Below are positions 7,166-16,322 of a stretch of DNA of 64,000 nt, in pieces. Numbering within the stretch: the first letter of the stretch is position 1; every line of letters begins with the position of its first letter. A program made the position numbers and the translations under genes. This stretch comes from an uncultured virus (IMG/VR IMGVR_UViG_2199352004_000009) (taxonomy: Duplodnaviria; Heunggongvirae; Uroviricota; Caudoviricetes). The notes below the pieces were generated by a model that did not search any database, had not been told where the DNA came from, and saw nothing but the letters and a program-made list of their open reading frames with translations. Location: the IMG/VR virus record IMGVR_UViG_2199352004_000009. The stretch is one strand, 5' to 3'.

Positions 7166-7373
7166 AACATCCAACGAATTTTCTTTACACATTGAGCAGC
7201 TAGTTCAAGAACGCAGATTGAATCATATGGATGCTGTGTTGGAATATTGCAAAGATAACTATCTTGAACCTGCTGATGTTTCCAAGTTGATCAATAAGTC
7301 TCTTAAAGATAAGATTGAGATGAATTTTCGAGAAATGAATTACTTACCTAAACAGGCACAACTAGATGTCTAA
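7158..7373 (+). CDS. gp33: late-promoter transcription co-activator gp33
   Basis: FSLHIEQLV..MDAVLEYC..LINKSLKDKIE..NYLP; synteny gp33-gp59-gp32. Confidence 0.85.
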   Translation: MFKTSNEFSLHIEQLVQERRLNHMDAVLEYCKDNYLEPADVSKLINKSLKDKIEMNFREMNYLPKQAQLDV

Positions 7374-7554
7374 GTACTTTTGGTTATTTGCTCCAATTGT
7401 TTTGGGCGTCATTATGTATGGTGCTTTATTCTTCGTTATTATGAGCCAAGAAAATAGAACTGTTCGATATGATTGTTCAATTGCAGAATTTGCTCCTGAT
7501 TTCCCACCACAAGTAAAAGAAGAATGTAGGAAGAAAAGAAGTGGACGGATTTAA
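7366..7554 (+). CDS. small hypothetical membrane protein
   Basis: TM helix followed by YDCSIAEFAPDFP..VKEECR. Confidence 0.6.
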   Translation: MSKYFWLFAPIVLGVIMYGALFFVIMSQENRTVRYDCSIAEFAPDFPPQVKEECRKKRSGRI

Positions 7555-8155
7555 AGCATACAAATATTACATTGCAATTAAGTTGCATTTCTCCAAGGAT
7601 AACTTTGATGTTTTTAAAAATCGTGGGGCTGTTAAAGGTACTCGTGAAGCATTTAATGCTAGGAATGATAGATATATTTTCGAAAAGCTGGCTCGTAAAT
7701 ACCCAGTTGACAAAGACATTATCCAATACTTCGTCGCAAACTTTGCCTACGGTAGTGACTCTGTTGTCTATTCGCAAGATGATGCAGAATCAAACCTTAT
7801 TGAGTGGACACGCAGAAAAGAATCAATCACAAAGATATTCTCTGATGATTGCAGCACTATCCTTATGGATGCTTACAAGAAAAAGCTCAAAGAAAGTTCT
7901 GTGAAAAACTTTACTTTTAATCAATATCCAAGTATACTTACACTGTACCTCGGAAAACAGATATCGTTAGAAACATTGAGAATCATAGATGACTTTGAAC
8001 CTGTTATTGAAACGTGGAAGAGTAATTCTTCTATGATATTGTTATGGGAAAATGAGATCCGCAGAGTTGATAAATCTCGCGGTTTTGTAAAGTATGATTC
8101 GCAAAAAGTGCAATCAATCTATCAATCTTTTAAAGAGGAACTCGCAGAGTTGTAA
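7541..8155 (+). CDS. gp59: helicase loader gp59
   Basis: AYKYYIAIKLHF, FNARNDRYIFEKLA and ISLETL; directly upstream of gp32. Confidence 0.85.
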   Translation: MDGFKAYKYYIAIKLHFSKDNFDVFKNRGAVKGTREAFNARNDRYIFEKLARKYPVDKDIIQYFVANFAYGSDSVVYSQDDAESNLIEWTRRKESITKIFSDDCSTILMDAYKKKLKESSVKNFTFNQYPSILTLYLGKQISLETLRIIDDFEPVIETWKSNSSMILLWENEIRRVDKSRGFVKYDSQKVQSIYQSFKEELAEL

Positions 8156-8158
8156 TAT

Positions 8159-8371
8159 ATGGGCAAGACCTATAAAAAGAATCCGTCAGATGACTATTCT
8201 GGTGGTAATTCAGGAAAACCGAAGAAGCATGTCAGTGGTAAAAAAACTGGTGGTATGCGAACGATAAATAGTTATGTTGAAGAAGATTATGATTTTGATG
8301 ACGATAGCTTCAATGATGAGATCGAGATTCATGATGATATACAAATTCAACATACTAAAAATACACGTTAA
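8159..8371 (+). CDS. hypothetical protein (basic N-half, acidic C-half)
   Basis: 70-aa ORF between gp59 and gp32. Confidence 0.55.
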   Translation: MGKTYKKNPSDDYSGGNSGKPKKHVSGKKTGGMRTINSYVEEDYDFDDDSFNDEIEIHDDIQIQHTKNTR

Positions 8372-8397
8372 TACATTTAATACAAGGAAATACTAAA

Positions 8398-9312
8398 ATG
8401 GATATTCAATCACTACGCAAAATGCGCAATTCTGATTTCGGTGCTATCACTAGCGCATTCGAAAAGGTTGCCAATCCCCAACAAGACTCTAAGTCTTATC
8501 AAGACAATCGTTTCTGGCGTCTCGAAGGCGACAAGGCAGGTAATGGTACCGCAACGATTCGTTTCCTCCCACGAGTAGAAGGCGATGAACTCCCATGGGT
8601 TCGTATCTTTAGCCACGGATTCCAAGGTCCGACTGGCAAGTGGTATCTGGAAAACTCCCTGACCACTCTTGGTGAGAATGATCCAGTTAGCGATCTAAAC
8701 ACCAAACTGTGGAACTCTGGTTCTGAAGCAAACAAAGAAATTGTACGTAAGCAAAAGCGCAAGCTGGGCTTTACTGCAAACATCTTGGTTGTGTCTGATC
8801 CAAAGCATCCAGAGAATGAAGGCAAGGTATTCTTGTTCCGTTTCGGCAAGAAGGTCTTTGATAAGATCATGGATAAGGCTCGTCCTACTTTCGAGGATGA
8901 AAAGCCTCTGAACGTGTTTGATCTTTGGGAAGGTGCGAATTTCAAACTTCGCATGCGTAAGAAAGATGGTTATGCTAACTATGACGAATCAGCATTCATG
9001 GAGCCATCAGTAATTACTGAAAATGAAGATGCTTTGTTGAATATCGTTAACTCTCAGCACAAGTTGTCTGAGTTCCTTGATCGTAAAAACTTCAAGCCTT
9101 ACGACGAACTGAAGAAGAAGTTGGATCAAGTCTTGTCTGGAGATTCGTTCTCTGGAAAGTCTGCTGCAGAAATGGCAGAAGAAGAAGATCGTCCATCTGC
9201 GCCAGCGTTTACACCAAAGGCATCAAAGCCTGCGCCGCAAGCTAAGTCTGCTGATGCAGACGATGATGAAGACGTTATGTCTTACTTTAAGAAAATTGCC
9301 GCTGAGCAATAA
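8398..9312 (+). CDS. gp32: single-stranded DNA-binding protein gp32
   Basis: DKAGNGTATIRFLP, HGFQGPTGKWYLENSLTTLG, FDLWEGANFKL and an acidic C-terminal tail. Confidence 0.95.
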   Translation: MDIQSLRKMRNSDFGAITSAFEKVANPQQDSKSYQDNRFWRLEGDKAGNGTATIRFLPRVEGDELPWVRIFSHGFQGPTGKWYLENSLTTLGENDPVSDLNTKLWNSGSEANKEIVRKQKRKLGFTANILVVSDPKHPENEGKVFLFRFGKKVFDKIMDKARPTFEDEKPLNVFDLWEGANFKLRMRKKDGYANYDESAFMEPSVITENEDALLNIVNSQHKLSEFLDRKNFKPYDELKKKLDQVLSGDSFSGKSAAEMAEEEDRPSAPAFTPKASKPAPQAKSADADDDEDVMSYFKKIAAEQ

Positions 9313-9314
9313 AG

Positions 9315-9340
9315 AAAAGGGAGCTTCGGCTCCCTTTTTT
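9315..9340. terminator. bidirectional Rho-independent terminator
   Basis: AAAAGGGAGC-TTCG-GCTCCCTTTTTT between convergent genes; cUUCGg loop. Confidence 0.9.
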
Positions 9341-9341
9341 A

Positions 9342-11546
9342 TTAAGCGTATCTAGAGTTTATGTAGTTTGCTAAACTAGGATCCGTGTTTCTAGTTGGCA
9401 TTTTAGTTATTTGCGTGGTGTTATTGTTAACGTTTGTAGTTGGTGCAACAACAGTATTAACAGCACCACCTGCAGGTTTCTGAGCAGCTCCAGCATTATC
9501 TGCAGACTTGTTGTATACTGCACCACCAGCTTTTGATGGTTCAACTGCAGCAAGTTCAGTTGCTTTAGCTAAACCAAAGTCTACCTTACGCTTATCTAAG
9601 AATCCAAGTTTCTGATATGCTTCATCTTCTTTAATAATTTCTTTAATCTTATCAGAGCCAGCACCGTCTTTTGCTGCTTTCTTGATATCATTAAATGCAC
9701 CCTTAGTTAATGGTGCGTCATACTTTAAGTTATTTGGGTCATCTTCGTTTGTATAAGATGCCTTTCCAGTTTTAGGATCAAACTCAGCCATAGTAGTGCT
9801 ATATTTTGCACTAACTTTACCATCTTTACCTACAGTTTCTTTAGCTTCTGAATTTAGAACTCTTGTTTTATCATCAGCATAGCTAATACTACCATCTTTA
9901 TTTGTTGTAGCATCTTTACCACTAGTAACTATATTTTGTTTTAAGTTACTGCTATCACCTTCAGCAGAAGAAGACTTAGAAGTTACCTGTGTGTCTGATG
10001 CAACACGATTTGTTCCCTGTTCTGGTCGGAATGGATAGAATGGTCCAATAGAAACCTTCTTGTTTATCACTGGAATAGTGAAACCAATCTCAGGTATACC
10101 AAAGTCTTCTAAGAATCCAAATACTTGTTCTTTGATCTTTGCGAAGAAATCTGCGATTGGTGCAAAGAATTCTTTTACAGGATTGATGATATACTCAGTG
10201 AACAAGTTACCAATATATTCAAATGCACCAAGAATAGGTTCTTTAATATACTTGTTGAATGATTCGCCCAAGAATCCAATGAAGTTCTTTATTGGTTGAA
10301 TTACATACTCATCTACGAATCCACTCACTGCACCAACGATGTTCTTTATAGTATTTGCATCAAATAATCCAAACGATAAGAATTCAAGAACGCCACCAAG
10401 CCCTGCAATGATAACATCAGAGAATGAACCACCTTCTATAAAGGCATTCCATCCATCCATGATACCGTTGATGATACCACCAATCAGCATCGCTGGTGCT
10501 AGGAACTTAGTTAAGAATTTTAGTAGTACTGCTGGATTGAATAGTGCTTTAAATGCAGTCATCAGAGACTTACCAAGCATGCTCATTATTCCACCAAGCA
10601 ACCCACCGCCACCTGAACCTTCTTGCGCTCTTTTTTCCGTGGCTGCCAGGCTTTTGTCACGAGTATTTTCTTCAATACTACGTAACAATTCTGTTTGCTC
10701 ATCCATCATTCGAGCATTTTCGATTTCTTTTTCAGATGTATCAGCTTCGATACCTAGCTTCTTGGTATTGGATTTAGCAGTCGAACCTTCTTTTGCTGCA
10801 GCTTCTTTAGCTGGACGTACACGAGTATCAGAAGCTGCAAGTTTTTCTGCCAATACTCCTTGTTCCTTAAATGCATCTGATCTTTTTATCTGAGTGTCTT
10901 TAAACCCGAGGTCTTGGTAGCCTTTAATAACAGACTCATTCTTTCTAATCTTTCGTTGAGTGTTTTGCTGTTCATCAAACTGTCTGGCATAAGTTTCCTC
11001 ACTACCAAAAGTGCTACCTTGAGTTTCTTTTCTAGATTTAATATATTTCTGTTTTTCTTCACGACGATCTAGCATATCAGAGAATATACCACCAGTGCCT
11101 CTTTTTACGATTCCTGTTTTATCTAAAAAACCACGAGCAGAGAAGAAATCTTTTACTTGATCTTTAACACCTTCAACTCGTTCACCTACTCCACGATAGA
11201 CTTTTCTGCCCATCGCTTGTTCTGTAATAGATTTAATTTGATCAGCATTTAAACCTAGTTGTTTAGGTTTTGTCTTTTCTTGTACTTTTAGTGGAGCTAT
11301 GTTCTTTTTAATATAGTCGGCTAACTTAATGACGTTGCTTGTTAGCTTACCTTTATCACCAAGATTTTCTTTTAGAGTCTTGTTGATATCTTTTAGATTG
11401 TCATTCGTCTCTTGACTGTGTTTGTCTTCATCGATATCAGTTTTACGCTGAATGCTAGTCGATGCTATTTGAATGATTCTGTCTTGTCTGCTCAGCTTTT
11501 CTAATTCTTTTAGATGTTCTGATTGTTTTGCTAGTATATTGTTCAT
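9342..11546 (-). CDS. tape-measure / baseplate hub-like protein (T4 gp29 position)
   Basis: 734 aa: coiled-coil N-half, Gly/hydrophobic amphipathic repeats, C-terminal VVAPTTNVNNNTT; follows the gp26/gp51-like pair. Confidence 0.6.
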   Translation of the reverse strand: MNNILAKQSEHLKELEKLSRQDRIIQIASTSIQRKTDIDEDKHSQETNDNLKDINKTLKENLGDKGKLTSNVIKLADYIKKNIAPLKVQEKTKPKQLGLNADQIKSITEQAMGRKVYRGVGERVEGVKDQVKDFFSARGFLDKTGIVKRGTGGIFSDMLDRREEKQKYIKSRKETQGSTFGSEETYARQFDEQQNTQRKIRKNESVIKGYQDLGFKDTQIKRSDAFKEQGVLAEKLAASDTRVRPAKEAAAKEGSTAKSNTKKLGIEADTSEKEIENARMMDEQTELLRSIEENTRDKSLAATEKRAQEGSGGGGLLGGIMSMLGKSLMTAFKALFNPAVLLKFLTKFLAPAMLIGGIINGIMDGWNAFIEGGSFSDVIIAGLGGVLEFLSFGLFDANTIKNIVGAVSGFVDEYVIQPIKNFIGFLGESFNKYIKEPILGAFEYIGNLFTEYIINPVKEFFAPIADFFAKIKEQVFGFLEDFGIPEIGFTIPVINKKVSIGPFYPFRPEQGTNRVASDTQVTSKSSSAEGDSSNLKQNIVTSGKDATTNKDGSISYADDKTRVLNSEAKETVGKDGKVSAKYSTTMAEFDPKTGKASYTNEDDPNNLKYDAPLTKGAFNDIKKAAKDGAGSDKIKEIIKEDEAYQKLGFLDKRKVDFGLAKATELAAVEPSKAGGAVYNKSADNAGAAQKPAGGAVNTVVAPTTNVNNNTTQITKMPTRNTDPSLANYINSRYA

Positions 11547-11728
11547 TAATTTTTACTCTCTAGTCTTTGCTTTTCTTCTTCTAGGAACTGGATCAACATA
11601 GCAATATAAATCTCGCGCTCGAAAGGAATCATGTCTTCAATGTCACTTAGTGAATACTTATGGTATTGCATCAAAGCAAAGTTAAGTTTATAAAAGTTGT
11701 GAAGACTCTCATGTCCGAGCGTTATTAA
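11546..11728 (-). CDS. gp51: gp51-like baseplate hub assembly protein (60-codon frame; first ATG at 11671 gives only 41 aa)
   Basis: Not in the ORF track. Frame reads LITLGHESLHNFYKLNFALMQYHKYSLSDIEDMIPFEREIYIAMLIQFLEEEKQRLESKN*; its stop overlaps the next ATG (TAATG). Confidence 0.75.
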   Translation of the reverse strand, partial: LITLGHESLHNFYKLNFALMQYHKYSLSDIEDMIPFEREIYIAMLIQFLEEEKQRLESKN

Positions 11729-12456
11729 AAAAAACTTTCTAGTCCTTCTAGTGCGACATCATGATGTTTACCACAGACAGGGCAATTATATTCAACCTTG
11801 TGCGACATCTTTGGTAAAGTTTCAAAGAAAGCCTGGACCAATTTAAACTGGTCTGATGATAGGTTTTCAATAAAGTCTATCAGTTCTTTCTTTGTTTGGT
11901 CTTTTGCATGGTAGACCTCTTCAGCGTCATAGATGTAATCTATACACTCAACCACTATGTTAAATACAGCTTCTACTTCTTGAGAAGCAATGGCATCAAT
12001 AGACTCTAATTTCTTTAAAATGTCGATTGATGGATAACGCATAACTACACCAACATCACCAAATAGTGAAATCTTGTTGGTATGTTTCTCGTCTACAGAT
12101 ACGTTTAGTTTTGTTAAATCGATCTGGATTTTAACCTTTGCTAAGTTATCTTTGTCGCCATGATCTTCGTCGCACGACATGATAACTTCGATAACTTCAC
12201 CTACGGATCTAGCTCTTAACTGGGTAAAGATATACTCTAAGTCGAAGATTGCTAGCTTGTCAATATCAATATTGTCTTTAACGCACGATGCTACAACAGA
12301 CTTTAGCGTGTCAACCATCACCTTAGTATCTTCGCTTTGTTGAGCGATTAACAGTGCTTTTTCTTCTTTAACCACGAATGGTCTGAACTTTACGTTTTGT
12401 TTGGTTGAAGGTATAGTTAAATTATAAATCGGTGATGTGTTTAATGGTAATGCCAT
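11725..12456 (-). CDS. gp26: baseplate hub subunit / assembly chaperone, gp26-like
   Basis: MALP..P.YNLTIPS, FRPFVVKEEKALL, LRARSVGE, CPVCG and C-terminal LEGLESFF. Confidence 0.85.
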   Translation of the reverse strand: MALPLNTSPIYNLTIPSTKQNVKFRPFVVKEEKALLIAQQSEDTKVMVDTLKSVVASCVKDNIDIDKLAIFDLEYIFTQLRARSVGEVIEVIMSCDEDHGDKDNLAKVKIQIDLTKLNVSVDEKHTNKISLFGDVGVVMRYPSIDILKKLESIDAIASQEVEAVFNIVVECIDYIYDAEEVYHAKDQTKKELIDFIENLSSDQFKLVQAFFETLPKMSHKVEYNCPVCGKHHDVALEGLESFF

Positions 12457-12460
12457 AATG

Positions 12461-12874
12461 TTAGTCTCCTTTAGCCATATTCTTGATCATTTTACTCAAT
12501 TCAGATGTGCTACCTACAAAGATAGCGTTATTGTTTGTCACATTTTTTGCTGCTTCTGCTTTCGATGGAGCATCTAGTTTTTGTTTCTGTTGATGTATAT
12601 CCAACAATTGCTGGTTTACATCAGCTAACTGTTTCATCAAATTACCAACAACTTCAAATGCTCTTGGATGCTCGCTTTGTTTAGCTACATCAAGAGCATA
12701 GTTTAGTGCGTCTTGACCTTTCAATAAAAGATCATGTAGATTATTTCTGGATTTATCATAATCAGATTCAATCTTGTCGCTAACTTGCAATGGTGTAACG
12801 GCATCAATAACTAATGGAACTGTTGTTGCAGGTTCCAAATCAAACACCTCAGATAATCTATCATCAATTTTCAT
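12461..12874 (-). CDS. gp16: terminase small subunit gp16
   Basis: DYDKSRNNL, SEHPRAFEV and NNAIFVGSTSELSKM. Confidence 0.85.
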   Translation of the reverse strand: MKIDDRLSEVFDLEPATTVPLVIDAVTPLQVSDKIESDYDKSRNNLHDLLLKGQDALNYALDVAKQSEHPRAFEVVGNLMKQLADVNQQLLDIHQQKQKLDAPSKAEAAKNVTNNNAIFVGSTSELSKMIKNMAKGD

Positions 12875-12875
12875 A

Positions 12876-13319
12876 TCAGTCGTTTCTTGTATTTCTAACT
12901 TGTGGATCTCCAGGATCTAAATCAAAAGTTGTAGTTGTGGTTTGTCTCATCATCGGCATTGGTTTAGGTGCCATTGCAGGAGTATTTAGCCCCATTGGTT
13001 GTGGACTTTGCATCGGCACAGGCATACCTGAACCAGCAGCAGCGCCAGCCATCTTTTCTTGCCCACGAGACCATGCCGCAATACCAAGTACAGCACCCAT
13101 TGCCAAGTGGAATAATCCAGCACCTTGTAAAGTTAGTGGGTTCCATTGACTAGTAACTTGACCAGAACTTAGTGCTTGTAGTAAACTCCATAAAACGGGA
13201 AACACTGCCATGTCTAGAATACAGATAACCATATACGTCCAACCCATAGCTGGACGCCATTTTTTAACCATCCAATCTTCTTGAGCAATTTTTAGTTCTT
13301 CTTGTTTGTTGTTTTCCAT
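12876..13319 (-). CDS. holin-like membrane protein (3TM holin family-like)
   Basis: KWRPAMGWTYMVIC..FPVLW and WNPLTLQGAGLFHLAMGAVLGIAAWSRGQEK; hydrophobic segments. Confidence 0.6.
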   Translation of the reverse strand: MENNKQEELKIAQEDWMVKKWRPAMGWTYMVICILDMAVFPVLWSLLQALSSGQVTSQWNPLTLQGAGLFHLAMGAVLGIAAWSRGQEKMAGAAAGSGMPVPMQSPQPMGLNTPAMAPKPMPMMRQTTTTTFDLDPGDPQVRNTRND

Positions 13320-13329
13320 TTTGTTTACC

Positions 13330-14076
13330 TTAACCGAAAAAGTTTTTTAATGAACCCAAATTAGGATTTACGAAATTACCAAGACCTTGTAAATCTACTA
13401 ACTGTTGGGAAATAAAGTCACCTGGATTCATAAATGTGTCCATATTAAATGGCAGATCTAGCTCACTTGTTAGTTCCGCAAATGGATCTACCAGAGCTTG
13501 TATCTGACCATTGGCATCTCTGTTTGTTACTTCTACTGACGATACCATTTGTGATTGCCAGTATTTGTAGTTCAAGGAGATTTGAAGTTGCATAACTTCT
13601 TTTTGATCATATCCAATAGTTATTGGAGAGATTGTTTTTGGGTATGCTTCAAACAACTTAACGATATAAGTGTCTTTTTCAGCAACGTCTTGAATTCTTA
13701 TTTCAATATCTGTAGTGTATTGATCGTAATACTCAAACGTTCTAGTGGTTGGGTGTTGGATACCCTCAACCCATGTATCAAAGAACTTCTTTATGTACAT
13801 ATCTCTGTCTACATAGAAAGAAAGATTCACATTATCGTATAGCTTATCGTACGGCATTTCTCTAGTTTCACCGAATGTTCTAGATTGAAATGTAGAAATG
13901 TTGATACCTGGTAGCTGCGCTGAATTGCAATATAACAGCAATTTGCGCACCTTTTCGCTAGAGTTTAATGAACTTCTAAAGAATATTTTAGGTGGCGTGA
14001 AGTTTATAGAGTAATGGCTAGTTCTCGCCAGTGCTCCAGTTTTAACTTCTGCTATAAATGATGTTAGTGTTGTCAT
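13330..14076 (-). CDS. gp54: baseplate-tail tube initiator gp54-like
   Basis: C.SAQLPG, MPYDKLY..V.LSFYVD and FEAYPKTI (tail-tube-fold motifs); synteny. Confidence 0.7.
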   Translation of the reverse strand: MTTLTSFIAEVKTGALARTSHYSINFTPPKIFFRSSLNSSEKVRKLLLYCNSAQLPGINISTFQSRTFGETREMPYDKLYDNVNLSFYVDRDMYIKKFFDTWVEGIQHPTTRTFEYYDQYTTDIEIRIQDVAEKDTYIVKLFEAYPKTISPITIGYDQKEVMQLQISLNYKYWQSQMVSSVEVTNRDANGQIQALVDPFAELTSELDLPFNMDTFMNPGDFISQQLVDLQGLGNFVNPNLGSLKNFFG

Positions 14077-14669
14077 ATTTTCCTACGTGAGTCTAACCAT
14101 ACTTGATCTTTTCCAGCTTTAACGAATCTCTCAACAGGCATCATCATAGCGGTGCCCCAATCATTTGCTTCGACTCGAACAAATGGAGATTGTACATGAG
14201 AGTAAAGATATTGCTTTACACAAGGTTTTGCTAAACCAAATTTTGCCATACCATCAATCAGCTGCCAAGAATAACGAAGTTTGGTTGTTTGGTCCATCTT
14301 TTCGTTGTTTCTAAACACCAATAAATTGTCCATTAGCTTTACTCTAAGCTGATATGGAAGGTAATGCATATTCAATCCAATAAACCCATCTTTATTGGCT
14401 TTCCATGGAAATACCATTGGAAACCTATCATAGTATGGTAACGTGTCTTTTGTTTTAGGATCGTAGTAATATAAATATAAGTTACCTGGCATCACTTTTG
14501 TAGCAAGTGAGCTTAAATCGTTTTGTAGAATTTTATTCGGGGTAATACGTTTCCCAGCCATAAGCGCAACTTGCTGGTTGAACCATGCAGAAGACTTACG
14601 GCGCATATTGTCCATGTCGTAATGATGTTTTACGAACAGATCTTGAATTGGTTTATTAGTGCTTGCCAT
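14073..14669 (-). CDS. gp2: DNA end protector gp2
   Basis: YDPKTKDTLPYYDRFP, GLNMHYLP and KPCVKQYL..HV.S. Confidence 0.9.
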   Translation of the reverse strand: MASTNKPIQDLFVKHHYDMDNMRRKSSAWFNQQVALMAGKRITPNKILQNDLSSLATKVMPGNLYLYYYDPKTKDTLPYYDRFPMVFPWKANKDGFIGLNMHYLPYQLRVKLMDNLLVFRNNEKMDQTTKLRYSWQLIDGMAKFGLAKPCVKQYLYSHVQSPFVRVEANDWGTAMMMPVERFVKAGKDQVWLDSRRKI

Positions 14670-14676
14670 TGTCTAT

Positions 14677-15111
14677 TTATTTGATACCTAGATGGTGTTC
14701 TGTTAGAATTATAAACCCATATCCTCTGTCTTTTGCCCAGTTTTTAGCAGCTTCCCATTTAGCTTGGTTCTTTATATAAGTGGCAGTTTCTATTAGATAT
14801 CTTTTGGTCTGTTTACCAGGAACTGGAGGTCGAGTTTGTGCGTCTGGTTTAATTTCTACCAGGTATGTTTTTAATACATCGTTTTTATCTTTTATCTGAA
14901 CTTGAAAGTCTACGAAATAACGATGTATTCTGTTATCTAAAGGGCATCTATATGGAACTATGGTTTCCTCAGATTTCCACTTTATTACACTAGGATTATG
15001 GTCGCACCATGCTGCGAACTTAGTCTCCCAAGACGAACGCATAATTATGTTCGTTGGGTCACCGCTATACTTTTGTGTATTTACAGGGATGTATCTTCTT
15101 TTGTGGAACAT
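14677..15111 (-). CDS. gp4: head completion nuclease gp4
   Basis: KYSGDPTNIIMRSSWE, HRYFVDF, EIKP and NQAKWEAA; start placed at ATG 15111. Confidence 0.9.
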   Translation of the reverse strand: MFHKRRYIPVNTQKYSGDPTNIIMRSSWETKFAAWCDHNPSVIKWKSEETIVPYRCPLDNRIHRYFVDFQVQIKDKNDVLKTYLVEIKPDAQTRPPVPGKQTKRYLIETATYIKNQAKWEAAKNWAKDRGYGFIILTEHHLGIK

Positions 15112-15147
15112 AAATAATAGTGATTGCAATTTACCAATAACTATTTA
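15109..15147. promoter_or_regulatory. pair of oppositely oriented T4-type late promoters between divergent gp4 and gp48
   Basis: TAAATA on + (15111-15116) and on - (15147-15142). T4 late consensus is TATAAATA. Confidence 0.55.
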
Positions 15148-15155
15148 GGGTTAAA

Positions 15156-16319
15156 ATGGATTTATTCTCCAATGCATTTGAATCAATATCACTAGACCAA
15201 TTTGGATCACTTGGTGACCTTTCCTCATCGTCAATGATTGGAGGAACTGCTGCAGGTTCTAATCCCAACCAAAATGACGCCAGATTCTCAAATCCTGTAG
15301 ATAAAAAGTACAGTATTGATCAACTAACATATCCTGAAGATTTGTTTTCATCTCGACAGATATATGGTGGTAACTACGTCGTATTTTATGTGAACGTTCC
15401 TGAGGATTCAAAACTAATCACCGAAGAAAAACAAGAAACTGTAAACATTGGGGACTCTGAGCGTTTTCGAGCTAGAATAAATCAAGAAGGATATGGAACT
15501 GGCGCAGCTATCGCTGGTTCTGCAGCAGTTGGTGCATTAGGTTCTACTATTTTAGGAGCACTTGGTGGTGGTGGAAGCGTAGCATCAAATCCATTAGTTG
15601 GTGGTGCATTAGGTGCAGGTGCTGCTGCGGTTGTCTCTGGTCAAGTCGGTGGTAAGATGAGCAGACAACAAAAACGTTTAAAGACTGCGATTGCTCTTCA
15701 TGTACCAAACCAGTTAACGGCTAACTATAGTATGCAGTGGGATGCTGAAGATACTGGATTGTTTCAAGTTGGCGCTAAATTGGGAGAAGCTGGTATTAAA
15801 GCTGTTACAGACATGTCCCCTAAACAGTTAGAAACTGCTGGTGGTGTAGTGAAAAGTGCAGTAACAGGCTTGGCACTATCAGCACCTGGAGTTGGTGGCG
15901 CACTTTCTGCCATGTCTGGTTTGGCATACAATCCAAAGAAAGAGCAGCTGTTCAAAGGTGTTGATTTTAGAACATTTACATTCGACTACCAATTCGCTCC
16001 ACGTTCGTCATCAGAAGCTGGAAACATTATGCGAATTGTTGAGATGTTTAAGTTGCATATGCATCCAGAATTTAAAGACCAGGATAGCTTTATTTACATT
16101 TATCCTTCTGAGTTTGATATTCATTACTATCATTTGACAAACGAAAATAAAGCTATATTCAAACACACTTCTTGCGTACTAACTAACCTTTCTGTTAATT
16201 ATACACCAAATGCCAACTTTGCTACATTTGCAGACGGTTCGCCTACTCAGATAAACATTCAAATGACCTTCAAGGAACTGGCTATCTTGACTAAGGCTGA
16301 AATCGCTAAGGGATATTAA
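15156..16319 (+). CDS. gp48: baseplate tail-tube cap gp48
   Basis: NPKKEQLFKGVDFRTFTFDYQFAPRS, YPSEFDI and CVLTNLSVNYTP. Confidence 0.88.
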   Translation: MDLFSNAFESISLDQFGSLGDLSSSSMIGGTAAGSNPNQNDARFSNPVDKKYSIDQLTYPEDLFSSRQIYGGNYVVFYVNVPEDSKLITEEKQETVNIGDSERFRARINQEGYGTGAAIAGSAAVGALGSTILGALGGGGSVASNPLVGGALGAGAAAVVSGQVGGKMSRQQKRLKTAIALHVPNQLTANYSMQWDAEDTGLFQVGAKLGEAGIKAVTDMSPKQLETAGGVVKSAVTGLALSAPGVGGALSAMSGLAYNPKKEQLFKGVDFRTFTFDYQFAPRSSSEAGNIMRIVEMFKLHMHPEFKDQDSFIYIYPSEFDIHYYHLTNENKAIFKHTSCVLTNLSVNYTPNANFATFADGSPTQINIQMTFKELAILTKAEIAKGY

Positions 16320-16322
16320 TAT

